Source of the DNA: a virus
Lineage: Duplodnaviria; Caudoviricetes
Virus record (IMG/VR): IMGVR_UViG_3300043015_001023
Location: 1-38,048 of that record
Strand: one strand, 5' to 3'
Length of the DNA: 38,048 nucleotides
Translations under genes and position numbers: made by a program
The notes under the pieces: generated by a model
Databases searched by the model: none
Seen by the model: the letters and a program-made list of their open reading frames with translations, nothing else
Told to the model about the DNA's origin: nothing
Shown: in pieces, positions 15,191-25,512 of the stretch
Layout of the letters: every line of letters begins with the position of its first letter
Numbering within the stretch: position 1 is the stretch's first letter

Positions 15191-15369
15191 CAGCTCACAT
15201 AGACAGCCAAGAGCAAGAAACAGAGCAATGCGAATGTAACCCTCATGATTCTCACGCTCTAGTTAAAGAAAATATCAAGCTAAGAAAGAAGATAACCGAG
15301 CTTAATTTTTACTGCTTTGTTATGTTCTTTTTATTATCAATCGCGGTTATAGCGAGGTTGACGCAATGA
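15187..15369 (+). CDS. Small membrane protein in the lysis cassette
   Basis: C-terminal hydrophobic helix; ATGA coupling on both sides. Confidence 0.65.
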   Translation: MTAHIDSQEQETEQCECNPHDSHALVKENIKLRKKITELNFYCFVMFFLLSIAVIARLTQ

Positions 15370-15818
15370 GTTTATTATCAGGAATAAAAGCGTTTTTTGC
15401 TTTCGATGGTGTGGCAAATTCGGCGCTAAAGATAGTTGATAAATTCGCTGGTACAGATTGGACGCCGCAACAACAAGCTGATTTTGTAATAAGATACCAA
15501 GACGCAACAAGGCACCAAAGTCCCGCACGTAGATTTATAGCCATTGCGTTTACAGTTGGTTTTGCCTTGTTTGGTTTTATCTACTTAGTTAGTGGCTGTA
15601 TTGCTGAATTTTACGTATTTATTGCATCAAGCGGAGATACATTGACTCAATTAACAGCCAATCAAAATATTGCTGAGATTAGAGTTAAGCCACTTTTGAG
15701 ATTGCAAAATAGCACGCTAATTTACATGAAAGACGTGTTAACGAATCCTATGACTTGGATTTTGGGATTCTATTTTGCAACTGGTTTTGTTGGTAAGATC
15801 AAAAAAGAAACCCGCTAG
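15366..15818 (+). CDS. Putative holin
   Basis: Two to three TM segments, SPARRFIA and WILGFYF motifs, basic C-terminus; next to the lysozyme. Confidence 0.65.
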   Translation: MSLLSGIKAFFAFDGVANSALKIVDKFAGTDWTPQQQADFVIRYQDATRHQSPARRFIAIAFTVGFALFGFIYLVSGCIAEFYVFIASSGDTLTQLTANQNIAEIRVKPLLRLQNSTLIYMKDVLTNPMTWILGFYFATGFVGKIKKETR

Positions 15819-15832
15819 TTAAGCGGGTTTTT
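15808..15832. terminator. Bidirectional terminator between converging arms
   Basis: AAACCCGCT/AGCGGGTTT. Confidence 0.85.
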
Positions 15833-15835
15833 AAT

Positions 15836-18238
15836 TTAATGCTTGTAAATTATGATACTAGTAAAGTTAACAAGCATGTTTCCTGCGGTGTCATTGTAAA
15901 TTGTAATATTGTTGCCGTTCCACTCAATTCTAATGTCACTATCAGCGAGCTCATAAGATTGCGCGTAAGTTGCCCCAACTTTAGTTAATCTTGATTTGCA
16001 CCAATGTTTTGTACCACCAACATCGCAACGTAAATCAACTAAAATATCCTCATAATCTGAGTCGCTTGTATAAATATCAGTCTGCGTTGAGTTAGCAAGT
16101 GTACCTGTTAATTTCACCTCTCTTGATAGCTTACTCTCACTGTAAGCCGTTTCTTGAGAGCTAAATTGTAAACCGTACAATTCACAAGTGCCAGCAGCAC
16201 AAAAAATTGCAATAGTGTGCCATCCCTTACTTGCTAAATGTATGCCTCGCCTTAAGTCGCCTCTTGATCCAAACTCCTGAACAGATGCGCTACCTTCCAG
16301 TGTAAAAGCAGAAGCTGGTCTTGATTCTATTCCGTAGTCTTCGACTTTCTGCATTGTCGGATAGTCCAGCGTGTATTCTGGTTGTTCAGCACCAAAGTTT
16401 AATGTTACAGTTGTGACCCCGCCATCAGATAATTTGCCGCATGGATAAACAATCAAATCATCATTAGCGGCATAAAAACTAAAGTAGACAGTTTGCCCCG
16501 CTGTTAAGTTAATACTTTGAGCTTCTGATTGGCTTAGGAAAAACGGTGCATAACTGCTAGAGCTTGTTGACATTAATGCTGTTGGACTATTAACACTGTC
16601 TTGAGCATAGTTCGCAAGCATTTTACTACCCGAATAAACAGGGTATTTACAGTTAAATTCAGCGCCTTTACCACTGAAAACCGCTGTTAACCTCCCCGCT
16701 AAAACGTTTACACCGTACGGATCTAAATGAACACCATCATGCGTTAAACCTGCCTGTTCAACACCTGGACTAACAACTCGCGCATAAATCGGATAACCAT
16801 AAAAGATATCTTTGATTGTCTCGATCACAGGTATGCCGTATTTGCTGCCAATGCTTCTGATTGCGTCATTGTACGCCTCAGTTAAAACGTTACCGCTGTT
16901 TACTGTACCATCAAAACCAACGTTAGAAGCTTGTGATTCGCAAGACATTAGCATTAACGCTGTTCCTCGCATGACTTCGCGGGTTAAAAACACCTCTAAC
17001 GCCTTTGTGAAGTCGGCAAGTTTATATCCTAGCGTGTTAAAAACTCCATCTTCGTCAATGTGGTTGTTTGTTGCATATGCACAGTCGTTGATGCCAATCA
17101 TAACTACGCCTATGTCAGCGTTCGGTGGCGTAATGTGTCTTTTAACAAGCTGGTACGCACTATCACCACTGTAGCCACGGTTCTCTACAGTTAGATTCAC
17201 ATCGCCGTATACATCACGCAAGTACGCCTGTAACTGTGTCGGATATGGCGTTATCAATTGCCAGTTTTGATATGTCGAACCATCCCCGAAGTTTGTTGGA
17301 TCTCCGATTCTGTCAACTGAATCAGCTTTACCGACTGTACCTTGTCCAAAGGTGATAGAGTCACCATAGCAAACAACTTTTGCGGACTTTTTAAGTCTTA
17401 ACTTTGCCATTGCATTTGCGTAAAGTTTAGGCCATTGTGTTTTTACATAATCTACAGCGGTTACATGGTCTAACACTGCATAGTAACCATTTGATAAATT
17501 TAAGAATGTAAAGCCATCATCAAGTGCTACGGCAGATGGTGCAAAACCATCAATCAGCTCAGGATTATCTGTTATAGTATAAATCGAATTAATTTGCTCA
17601 CAATAAACTCGTAATCCTTGCGTATCTAATCCACTGCCCCTGACGTCTGAAACTAAAGAAAATTTACGATGATAAATGTCATCATGAGCACCAACAGCGC
17701 TCCTGTTGATCAAGTTGTTATGATCGGCAAAAGTAACCTGTGTATAAACTGGCGCGCTTGGCGTTGTTGCAGCAGTAACGACAAATGGTAACGCACTAAC
17801 GTCAGTATAAACCCAATAATTCCCACTACCGTCAACACCTACATCATTTGGTAGCTCGTAAGTAAAGCCAGCAGCAAAAGAGCCCTGCACTCTAAAACCA
17901 CGCGAAGATGATAAATCTAAAATAATTTGGTTTACAGTTTCGTCAATTCGACTGTTGAAGTAATCAGCGCCGACAACAGTAATCGGTGTAACTTGACTTT
18001 GATACTCTGTGTTGTAATCGCCAGCTTCAATAAAAAATGTAAACTGACCTTTTGAATTTGTTACGTTAGATAGGCCATCCTGCGCGATTTGCGAAGTGCC
18101 AGCTAAATCTCTGTAAATACTTGCTAGCGTTCCGTTGGTTTGCTTAATGTAAACGGGTTGATTGTTTACATAGTTTTTGCCATTATTACCCGCATCAGTT
18201 AGCGCGCCTATGGTTATAGTAAATGATTGTAATGCCAT
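15836..18238 (-). CDS. Tail fibre/spike with an SGNH (GDSL) esterase domain
   Basis: Last tail gene; blocks YGDSIT, RGYSG, IGIND, DGVH. Confidence 0.85.
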   Translation of the reverse strand: MALQSFTITIGALTDAGNNGKNYVNNQPVYIKQTNGTLASIYRDLAGTSQIAQDGLSNVTNSKGQFTFFIEAGDYNTEYQSQVTPITVVGADYFNSRIDETVNQIILDLSSSRGFRVQGSFAAGFTYELPNDVGVDGSGNYWVYTDVSALPFVVTAATTPSAPVYTQVTFADHNNLINRSAVGAHDDIYHRKFSLVSDVRGSGLDTQGLRVYCEQINSIYTITDNPELIDGFAPSAVALDDGFTFLNLSNGYYAVLDHVTAVDYVKTQWPKLYANAMAKLRLKKSAKVVCYGDSITFGQGTVGKADSVDRIGDPTNFGDGSTYQNWQLITPYPTQLQAYLRDVYGDVNLTVENRGYSGDSAYQLVKRHITPPNADIGVVMIGINDCAYATNNHIDEDGVFNTLGYKLADFTKALEVFLTREVMRGTALMLMSCESQASNVGFDGTVNSGNVLTEAYNDAIRSIGSKYGIPVIETIKDIFYGYPIYARVVSPGVEQAGLTHDGVHLDPYGVNVLAGRLTAVFSGKGAEFNCKYPVYSGSKMLANYAQDSVNSPTALMSTSSSSYAPFFLSQSEAQSINLTAGQTVYFSFYAANDDLIVYPCGKLSDGGVTTVTLNFGAEQPEYTLDYPTMQKVEDYGIESRPASAFTLEGSASVQEFGSRGDLRRGIHLASKGWHTIAIFCAAGTCELYGLQFSSQETAYSESKLSREVKLTGTLANSTQTDIYTSDSDYEDILVDLRCDVGGTKHWCKSRLTKVGATYAQSYELADSDIRIEWNGNNITIYNDTAGNMLVNFTSIIIYKH

Positions 18239-18241
18239 ATT

Positions 18242-20845
18242 TTAGTCTCTCTTTCCGCGTATCGTTGCGTCATTGTCACCGATAATTGTAACACTATTTC
18301 CGTTTGAGCGTATTGCGTAACCTGCTTGACCAGCTTCGCCGCTTTGTAAATTTGAATCAGAGTCTTCACCCCACGCGCCAGCACTCAAACCAGCTAAAGA
18401 GCCTGGGCTTGAGCGTGAGCCGCTAACACCATCTACACCAGCATCTTCATCAGTCTCACCCTCAACTATTGCAGAACCACCGCTGCCACCGCTGCCGCCG
18501 ACATAGCCTTGACCACCACTACCTCCATTGCCTCCACTCAAGAAAAACGGATCAACAGAGCTATCAGCTATTGAGTCGGTTGATGGTGCACCACCACCAC
18601 CAGAGTAAACAACACCCTGCGTTGCATCTATTATGGTCGGCACTGTAATGTTTATTGCGTCGCCACCATTTAAGCCATTTAACCCGCTCGCTGCAACCCT
18701 TCTTGGATTGTCGTTAGGGTTTGGCGCTCTAGCAGTTGGCCCTGCTGCACCATTACCGCCAGCTCCAAGGATTTGGCCGCGATGAATTATTTTAAATGTT
18801 ACACCAGCGTTTTGCGCACCAGTATCAAAAGCAAAGTCTTCCGATGATGTTGCACCAATAGTTACATTTGAAGCGATAAATACTGTATACTCACCAGCGT
18901 CAATAGGTGCAAACTCATCGCTTAATACGTAATTCTCTTTGTTTTCAAATATTACAAAATCAAAGTCTTGTTCATTTATAACGTCTTGATATGTAATGGC
19001 TTTAATTTGTATTTGCTTATTTTTCATATCGTCTTTAATGCTGAGAATCTGCAAGTTTTGAGACATTGGTTGACCGTCATCATCTATAGACAACTCTGTC
19101 TTAACGTTTATTATCTCGCCTTCCTCAATCTTGCCGCCTGATACATTACCGTAATTTTCATAATCAAGAGTGAATGTATATTCCTGTGGTGGCTTGGTGT
19201 TTACGTTTGCAATGCGCGACACGCCGCCGACCGCAATACTTACATCGGTATCGCTAGACGTTAAGAATTTAGAGTAAAACGTTTTATCTTCCTGTGGCTC
19301 AAGAGTGCCGACTGACTCAGTTTGCAAATTTATTGATTGAAATAGTATCGAGCTGTTTTCATCATTAACTTTTTTGCTTGCGTCAAATGGTGCAAAACCG
19401 ATTGAAGCGCGAGTAATTTGATCTTGGTACTTGTTATCAATGCGCACACTGTCGCGCTTAATGTCGGTATCTGTAATCGTTATTGGCTGTTGTTCAAAAT
19501 CACCAACCGCTTTAATGCGTATCTTTTTAGCAAGCTCATCAAAGTATAAACTAATGTTATTTTCAGCCCATGACCTAATAAGTGTGTTTATGAATGACTT
19601 AATGCTTTCTGGTTTTGGCACGTAAACAGTGCCGCTGTTATTTGGTACGGTAGCAGTTACAGCAGTGTAATCATCATAAAAGCGGCTTTCTATCATCGTG
19701 CGAGTTTGCAAAATGTTAACGATTTCAGTTATCGGGTTAAAGTCAGTTAATACTAGGCACTTTTGCACAGAAGCATTTATTTTGTGATCTTTTTGAGTGC
19801 TACCACCAACACCACGATTAACAATATCTAAAACACCTGTGGCGCTATTGTTTACAGTGTAATCGATTAGCTCGCTGTCAATTAACACCGTCCCGCTTTC
19901 AGTGTCTGCGCCGTACTCACCATCGACAAAGTTTTTAAGTGTTATTTGCGTTGATGCGTTATCAATATCAGCCAGCAATACACCAGCGCTAACATCGTGA
20001 GTCTTTGCCTTTGCTTCCTCAGTAAAGATAAGAGGGTCAACACCGCGAATAGTAACAACATCATCGTTGCTGATATTGAAGTCATCAATTATATACTCGC
20101 GCGATATACACTCACTCGGGTCGAATGTATTACCAAAAGTAAAGCCAGAATAAACTATCATTTTGCGATTTCGCAGATAGCCACCTGTCCGAGCGTGCAA
20201 TTTACGCAAGTAAGTTGAGCGGCTATTTCTAACGCTAGGGTATGGCACAGAATAAACGTCATCATCGGTATTGTCGCTAATCGTTACACTAACGCTCGCG
20301 TTTTTGGCAATCTCTTTACCGGGCTTTAAAAGTGTCGGGCTGTGGCTGATTGAGCGCAATCCGTTGTAATAAATTTCACCAGCCACTAGTTGAGTATCGG
20401 TTATTAAAAACTCTCTAGTAACGCTCGGGTCAAAACTGTCATCGGTTGAGCATCCTTTGCCATCTGGGCGCCTAGGATAGCCGCGACATGAGCCGTCAGC
20501 CTCGCCACCGTGCAGCACTCTTAGCGCTTGGCCGTTTGTTATCGCTTCCGCAGTTGTGCCTAGTTGCGCCCTAGCTGTGATATTTACAGTTGTAGTGTTA
20601 ACTACTGAGCATTTAGCTAGCTCATTGCCAATTTTTATATATTCGTTAGACTGCGCTGTAAATATAGTTAAATCGCCACCTGATACAGCTATGTTGCCAG
20701 TGTAGCTATCTGAGTAATCACCACCGGAAACAACCTCGCCAGCCGCCAGAGCTTCTGGCGTTGAGTACTTGCAAGCGTTTGGATATATAGCAACAGCTTG
20801 AATTACTTTTGTGCCGTGTAGGCTTTTGTTGTTATCGAATGACAT
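18242..20845 (-). CDS. Tail tip/hub (central fibre) protein with a Gly-rich C-terminus
   Basis: 867 aa, two genes after the tape measure; IDSELIDYT...RGVGGS motif. Confidence 0.7.
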   Translation of the reverse strand: MSFDNNKSLHGTKVIQAVAIYPNACKYSTPEALAAGEVVSGGDYSDSYTGNIAVSGGDLTIFTAQSNEYIKIGNELAKCSVVNTTTVNITARAQLGTTAEAITNGQALRVLHGGEADGSCRGYPRRPDGKGCSTDDSFDPSVTREFLITDTQLVAGEIYYNGLRSISHSPTLLKPGKEIAKNASVSVTISDNTDDDVYSVPYPSVRNSRSTYLRKLHARTGGYLRNRKMIVYSGFTFGNTFDPSECISREYIIDDFNISNDDVVTIRGVDPLIFTEEAKAKTHDVSAGVLLADIDNASTQITLKNFVDGEYGADTESGTVLIDSELIDYTVNNSATGVLDIVNRGVGGSTQKDHKINASVQKCLVLTDFNPITEIVNILQTRTMIESRFYDDYTAVTATVPNNSGTVYVPKPESIKSFINTLIRSWAENNISLYFDELAKKIRIKAVGDFEQQPITITDTDIKRDSVRIDNKYQDQITRASIGFAPFDASKKVNDENSSILFQSINLQTESVGTLEPQEDKTFYSKFLTSSDTDVSIAVGGVSRIANVNTKPPQEYTFTLDYENYGNVSGGKIEEGEIINVKTELSIDDDGQPMSQNLQILSIKDDMKNKQIQIKAITYQDVINEQDFDFVIFENKENYVLSDEFAPIDAGEYTVFIASNVTIGATSSEDFAFDTGAQNAGVTFKIIHRGQILGAGGNGAAGPTARAPNPNDNPRRVAASGLNGLNGGDAINITVPTIIDATQGVVYSGGGGAPSTDSIADSSVDPFFLSGGNGGSGGQGYVGGSGGSGGSAIVEGETDEDAGVDGVSGSRSSPGSLAGLSAGAWGEDSDSNLQSGEAGQAGYAIRSNGNSVTIIGDNDATIRGKRD

Positions 20846-21726
20846 TAGTTATACCCCACCATTTCAAAGCTAAAAGTAGCAGTGTTTGGGCTTGTGTAAC
20901 TTGGCGCCCTCAAATTATTGGGGTTTGCGTGCTGCCCGAAGATATTTTGATCTGCTTCACTGTCCCACTTCATAAAAAACGGCTTACCGTCTTTTATGTG
21001 GTGCATATAGTCAATGTAATTTACGTTAATATCATCAAATGCAATAAAGTCAAAATCACCGCTTTGTGCATAACCAATTTGCTTGCGTCTTGAGATTATG
21101 AATTGACCTGTGTTTGATTGAAAATTAACAACCTCGTCAATGTTGTTAGAGTTTGCAGGAGTGAAGCCAACGTTAGGCATTCTGTCAAATTCCCATGATT
21201 TACCCATGTAGATAGTGCCAATATACAATTTTGAGTCAAAGTTAAGTGTAAGGCGTTGCTTGCGACTTGATACTGTGTCGAACTTCTCGCAGATAGTGCG
21301 CAAGTCTCCAATTGGTGTAAATGTTGCGACCACTTCCCAAACACCATTTATTTGCACTTCAAGTGAGCCTACTAAGTTAGCTGTGCGCCCGTTATGAATA
21401 GCAATACCGATATAATCAAGGTCAATGTTAGCGGTTTGAGTAAACTCAATAACGACTGAGCCGCTGGTTATAGATGGGCTATATTGCGTATTGTCTCGAT
21501 AGTCTAAGCAGTTTGAAAATGGATAGTTTGAATCCTCTTGTTGACCGCTTACTGTTGAAGCTAGGATTGAGTTTCTAAAACCTATAATACTCTTGCAGAT
21601 GCCTCCAGCGCCATTAATTCCGCCATCTTCACTGCCAAGTACAAAAACATTATTGCTCATTGGTACTAACTCAGCACTTTGTGCAGAGTCAGTAACTATT
21701 AGGTTGTTAAATAAGTTATCAGCCAT
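20845..21726 (-). CDS. Distal tail-like protein
   Basis: Directly follows the tape measure; beta-rich. Confidence 0.6.
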   Translation of the reverse strand: MADNLFNNLIVTDSAQSAELVPMSNNVFVLGSEDGGINGAGGICKSIIGFRNSILASTVSGQQEDSNYPFSNCLDYRDNTQYSPSITSGSVVIEFTQTANIDLDYIGIAIHNGRTANLVGSLEVQINGVWEVVATFTPIGDLRTICEKFDTVSSRKQRLTLNFDSKLYIGTIYMGKSWEFDRMPNVGFTPANSNNIDEVVNFQSNTGQFIISRRKQIGYAQSGDFDFIAFDDINVNYIDYMHHIKDGKPFFMKWDSEADQNIFGQHANPNNLRAPSYTSPNTATFSFEMVGYN

Positions 21727-24166
21727 TTATTAATCCTGTGCGTTGCGCTTGAGTCTGCCCGCTGTTACTAGCTAGTATAACATCATCATCGCTTTGCAGT
21801 AATTCGGTTAATTGCTGCTTTGTTAAATAGCCACCACTCTCAAAGCCTCTTAAGTCAATAACCCTTCTTTGAGATTGACTTTCACTAGCCTGCGCTGAGC
21901 TTCTAGAAAATGCCGCGCTAGTTGATGGGGCGTTAATGCTTGGCGTTGTTGTGCTACCAGAGCTTGTGCCTTTTATAGTGCTAACTAGTGCCGCACCCTG
22001 AGCCGCTACCTGTGCCGCGAATCCTAAGTTAGCGGGGTATGGGTTGTTTAATGCTTTAGCCACGCCAGCAGTTATATTGATTATAGACTCTGCGATGGCA
22101 AATTTCTTTTGTGTCTTTTCAGATTGACTACCGAATGCGCTAATTAATGATAGGGCTGAATTAGCAAAGCCAGAATAGGCGCTTATTCGAGCGTTTAGAG
22201 TTGCCTGATCTAATTGCTGTCTTCTTGCGTTACCTTCTTCTGTTATTTGCGTCAAGGTATTTTCAAACTCTTGCGCCGCCAAAACTGCCTGCTCTCTTAG
22301 TAGCGCATCAGCTTCGCTTTTTTGTTGATCGGTCAGTGATTTATTTTCAGCAATAGATAACTGCCTATCTGATATTGCTTGTAAGCGCTGCACAAAAGCT
22401 TCTTGCTCTGTTTGCTTTTGCAGCTCTATATCCATTAATAGTTGAGCTTGTGCGCGTTCAAAATCAGACTTTTGCAGGTCGTTAGCGTCTTGGTAGTATT
22501 TCTGGTAAATGCCTTGTCTAGCTAGCAATGAGTTTTGAATTAACTGGTTTTCTCTTGTTAATTGTTCGGTTAGCGCGTTGCCAGAGTCAAAGCTAACAGA
22601 TGGATTTGATTCTTTTTCTTGATCAAAAAATGAATCTAAGTCCCTACCTAGTGCTGCACCCGCCGCCTGATTTGGATTTACAAACGCGCCTTTTGTGACT
22701 TGGCTTTTTGTTGATTCACCACCTATTGAGTTTTGGATTTTTAAAAACGCCTCTCTAGAGTTATCAGCTATACGCTGCAATCTTCTAGCTTCCTCCTCCA
22801 TGACTCTAATTCTATTTTGCGTTTTTGTTATCTGAAAAAGCGTAAGTTCGTCAGCAGCGTTATACTCTTCACCCCTTAGCTTTGCCGCCTTTGCTGTGTT
22901 GGCTTGCTCAAGCTTAAGTCTCTCTGCGTCAATCTTGGCTTGTTGTGCGAGTAGCTTATCTTGGTTTCTTACATTGACTTCTGCCGCAGTTCGCAAGGCA
23001 ATTGCTTGCTCTTTTTCTGCTCTTGTTTCTAGTCGCTCATTTAGCTTTCTAGTGCTTTCTGCGTACCTGTCATTTGCTGTGATTTGATCATTTGTGGCCG
23101 TTAGCATTCTTTGCATAACTTCCAAGCCAAGAAATATCGCGCCGAACGGTAGCGCAGCCTTTAACGCCCTAAGAGAGTAAGTTAGTGCCGTTGTTGCTGC
23201 CGCCGATACTCTACTAACACCAGCCATAGAAGCCAAGGCTGAGTTGTATCTAATGACTTGCGCTTGATTTGCTATAAATGCAGCGGAGTTAGCAATTAGC
23301 GCCTTGGTCATATTTAAAATATAAGCAGTAGCACCGATTTGGATAAATACACCGATAACTTTAACGACTTCATCTATGTTTTCTGACAGTCCACGCAGTA
23401 CGCCGTAAAGATTCTCAGATGCGCCAAGCGTCTCATCTAGCTTGCCTACATAAACGGTTAAGGCTGTGTTTACTTCTGTGAATCCGCTTGATACGTCTTT
23501 TGTAAACGTTAAAGACTTTTCATCTATGTTTTCTATCGCCTGAACAACTCCATCAGCGGTTAGTTTTCCTTCTGAGCCTAGCTTTTTAAGCTCGCCAGTT
23601 GTAACTCCAAACTCTTTAGATAAAGCCCTTGTGATTGGTATTGATGCCTCTAGAATAGCTCTTAGTTCATCGCCTTGTAACGCTCCAGAACCTAAACCTT
23701 GTGCAAACTGAACCATTACACTAGAGGTTTCAGCAGCGGTAGCGCCGCCAGCTTTTAATGCCAAGGTTAGCTTTTCAGTTACATCAATTACACGCTCCTG
23801 TGAAACGCCAATTTCAGCAGTGGCTTGAGCTATCCTTGAGTAAGCCTCAGCAACACCACCAAGATCAACACCTGCTCTTTGCGCTATGCGTATAATCTCA
23901 CCTTGAGCAAGACTGAACTCTTTTGATGTTGCGGTTGCAGACCTGAGCCTATTATTAACATTAATCCATGCGTCGGCGTATTGAATAACTTTTGCAGTCG
24001 CCAAAGATGTGATAACAGCATTTGCAACGGAAGAAAGTTGCATCATTGAGCTTGACGCCTTATCAGCACTCGCACCAACTGATTGAACAGCTTTATTAGT
24101 CTTTCCAGCTTCCGCCCTTGCACCGCTGCCATCTAGGCGTATTCGGATAATTCTTTCATCAGCCAT
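21719..24166 (-). CDS. Tail tape measure protein
   Basis: YADAW...QFAQGLGSGALQGDELRAILE tape-measure motif; Ala/Gln-rich helix; follows the chaperones. Confidence 0.93.
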   Translation of the reverse strand: MADERIIRIRLDGSGARAEAGKTNKAVQSVGASADKASSSMMQLSSVANAVITSLATAKVIQYADAWINVNNRLRSATATSKEFSLAQGEIIRIAQRAGVDLGGVAEAYSRIAQATAEIGVSQERVIDVTEKLTLALKAGGATAAETSSVMVQFAQGLGSGALQGDELRAILEASIPITRALSKEFGVTTGELKKLGSEGKLTADGVVQAIENIDEKSLTFTKDVSSGFTEVNTALTVYVGKLDETLGASENLYGVLRGLSENIDEVVKVIGVFIQIGATAYILNMTKALIANSAAFIANQAQVIRYNSALASMAGVSRVSAAATTALTYSLRALKAALPFGAIFLGLEVMQRMLTATNDQITANDRYAESTRKLNERLETRAEKEQAIALRTAAEVNVRNQDKLLAQQAKIDAERLKLEQANTAKAAKLRGEEYNAADELTLFQITKTQNRIRVMEEEARRLQRIADNSREAFLKIQNSIGGESTKSQVTKGAFVNPNQAAGAALGRDLDSFFDQEKESNPSVSFDSGNALTEQLTRENQLIQNSLLARQGIYQKYYQDANDLQKSDFERAQAQLLMDIELQKQTEQEAFVQRLQAISDRQLSIAENKSLTDQQKSEADALLREQAVLAAQEFENTLTQITEEGNARRQQLDQATLNARISAYSGFANSALSLISAFGSQSEKTQKKFAIAESIINITAGVAKALNNPYPANLGFAAQVAAQGAALVSTIKGTSSGSTTTPSINAPSTSAAFSRSSAQASESQSQRRVIDLRGFESGGYLTKQQLTELLQSDDDVILASNSGQTQAQRTGLING

Positions 24167-24523
24167 ATTTTTTGGCCTCCTGTTTCTGCTTTTCGTAAAA
24201 CGCTTTTAAGTGCGCTTCGTCAATTTCAAAAATAATCTTTTCAAAGTAATCATGTTCGAATCCATGCGAGCCATTATTTTTTATATAGTCAATTATTTGA
24301 CTCTGCTTAATATGTTGAGGACTTGCCATTTGACCCACCCGCTCGCGCTCTCTATCCAGCCTGTAAAAAGCACCTAATAATTCCTGCGTCTTTTCCGTGA
24401 GATTCGGCTTTTGTTTTTGTAGTTGCTCAAGCATCTTTTTTAAGTGTGGCGACAAATGTTTAACAGGTGTCCGCAGTAAAGTATCTAAAGTCGCCTGATT
24501 ACCACTTGAATCCCACGCTAGCG
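24159..24523 (-). CDS. Tail assembly chaperone extension (gpT-like, via -1 frameshift)
   Basis: The -1 frame is open from the A-AAA-AAG site into ORF 24159..24455. Confidence 0.8.
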
Positions 24524-24979
24524 CTTTTTTAGTTCTTCTATAGCCTCTACTGCCTCATCAGCTAGATACGCGTAGGCATCGCTAGCACCGTTAATTAATG
24601 TCGGTACTAAAAAGTTTCTATGTGACTCATCAAGGAATATTTTGCGGCAAGTTTCTCGGGTGAATTTTAATTCTTTCCCGTTTTCATCTTCTAAATATCC
24701 CCAGCCAGTAACACCATAATTACCAAGCCAATGCGCAAATAATAAATTGTGGTCAACGTGCCTCGGTGGGTTAAATCCGTAAACGGCTTTGCGTACCTCT
24801 TCCATTTGAATTTGCTGTTGATGCGTACCAACTCGCAGTACATTGAAAAACAAATCCGCGTTATCGGGAAAAGGGTAAATAGGCGCGCCGTTTTTTAATT
24901 TATCATGGCACTCTTTAAAGCATGATATTGATGCACTTACTTGCTCGTTTAATTCTTGCTTGCGTTTACGAAAAAACAT
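24518..24979 (-). CDS. Tail assembly chaperone (gpG-like)
   Basis: Between tail tube and tape measure; ends ...EELKKR with a slippery heptamer. Confidence 0.8.
   Translation of the reverse strand: MFFRKRKQELNEQVSASISCFKECHDKLKNGAPIYPFPDNADLFFNVLRVGTHQQQIQMEEVRKAVYGFNPPRHVDHNLLFAHWLGNYGVTGWGYLEDENGKELKFTRETCRKIFLDESHRNFLVPTLINGASDAYAYLADEAVEAIEELKKR
24524..24530 (-). other. Programmed -1 ribosomal frameshift site A AAA AAG
   Basis: Canonical X XXY YYZ heptamer at the end of the chaperone gene. Confidence 0.85.
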
Positions 24980-25027
24980 ATTTCTACTCTTATTAATATC
25001 AATGCTTACATTCTAGCAAAATAAAAA

Positions 25028-25082
25028 GTTATATGCTTATAGCTAAATGTTATTTAGATCCATTGGTGTTAGGTGATATGTT
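25028..25082 (+). promoter_or_regulatory. Double-dyad (LysR-type) site plus -10 TATGTT
   Basis: GTTAT-ATGCTT-ATAGCTAAATGTTAT; -10 at +28. Confidence 0.7.
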
Positions 25083-25109
25083 TAGGGTGTTTTCAAATGG
25101 AGAGTAAAA

Positions 25110-25280
25110 ATGATCGGATTTATTTTATCTTGCTTGTGGGTTATCGGTGCAAGCTTAGCTAATTATTATCTGTACAATAATGCTGTTTTGGGCGTTATGT
25201 TTTGGCCTGCAATAATGGTTAATAGCATGGTTTGCGGTGGTTTGTATTTGGGTTTTAACGGTTTAGAGGCGTTTGAATGA
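25110..25280 (+). CDS. 56-aa two-TM membrane protein (MIGFILSCLWV...)
   Basis: GGAG RBS; manual translation; ATGA overlap with the next ORF. Confidence 0.7.
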   Translation: MIGFILSCLWVIGASLANYYLYNNAVLGVMFWPAIMVNSMVCGGLYLGFNGLEAFE

Positions 25281-25480
25281 TGGAGATTCTAGGTTTTTTA
25301 GTGTTTTTAGCTTTTTCTGTTTTAGTTACGCTTTCACCAATTCCAGTTATAGCGCTCTCAGGTCTTGGTGGTGGCCTAAAAAGGTGGGAGGCTGTCATGT
25401 GTTTAATAGCTTTCTTTGGTGGGTTATTTTTGATTTATTTAGCTATTCAAAACTCACCTTTTTCAATAACCGTGAAATAA
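25277..25480 (+). CDS. 67-aa two-TM membrane protein
   Basis: GAGG RBS; hydrophobic; followed by a terminator. Confidence 0.7.
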   Translation: MMEILGFLVFLAFSVLVTLSPIPVIALSGLGGGLKRWEAVMCLIAFFGGLFLIYLAIQNSPFSITVK

Positions 25481-25482
25481 TT

Positions 25483-25512
25483 AAAAAGCCCCATAATCGG
25501 GGCTTTATTTTT
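25483..25512. terminator. Bidirectional terminator
   Basis: AAAGCCCC/GGGGCTTT with A and T tracts. Confidence 0.85.

Noticed and set aside
18242-18780. Collagen-like repeat
   Set aside because: Gly-rich but without sustained Gly-X-Y periodicity; typical tail-tip Gly-rich domain
15836-20845. Diversity-generating retroelement or invertible tail-fibre segment
   Set aside because: No reverse transcriptase, invertase or template/variable repeat pair recognised by eye; a self-dotplot would be decisive
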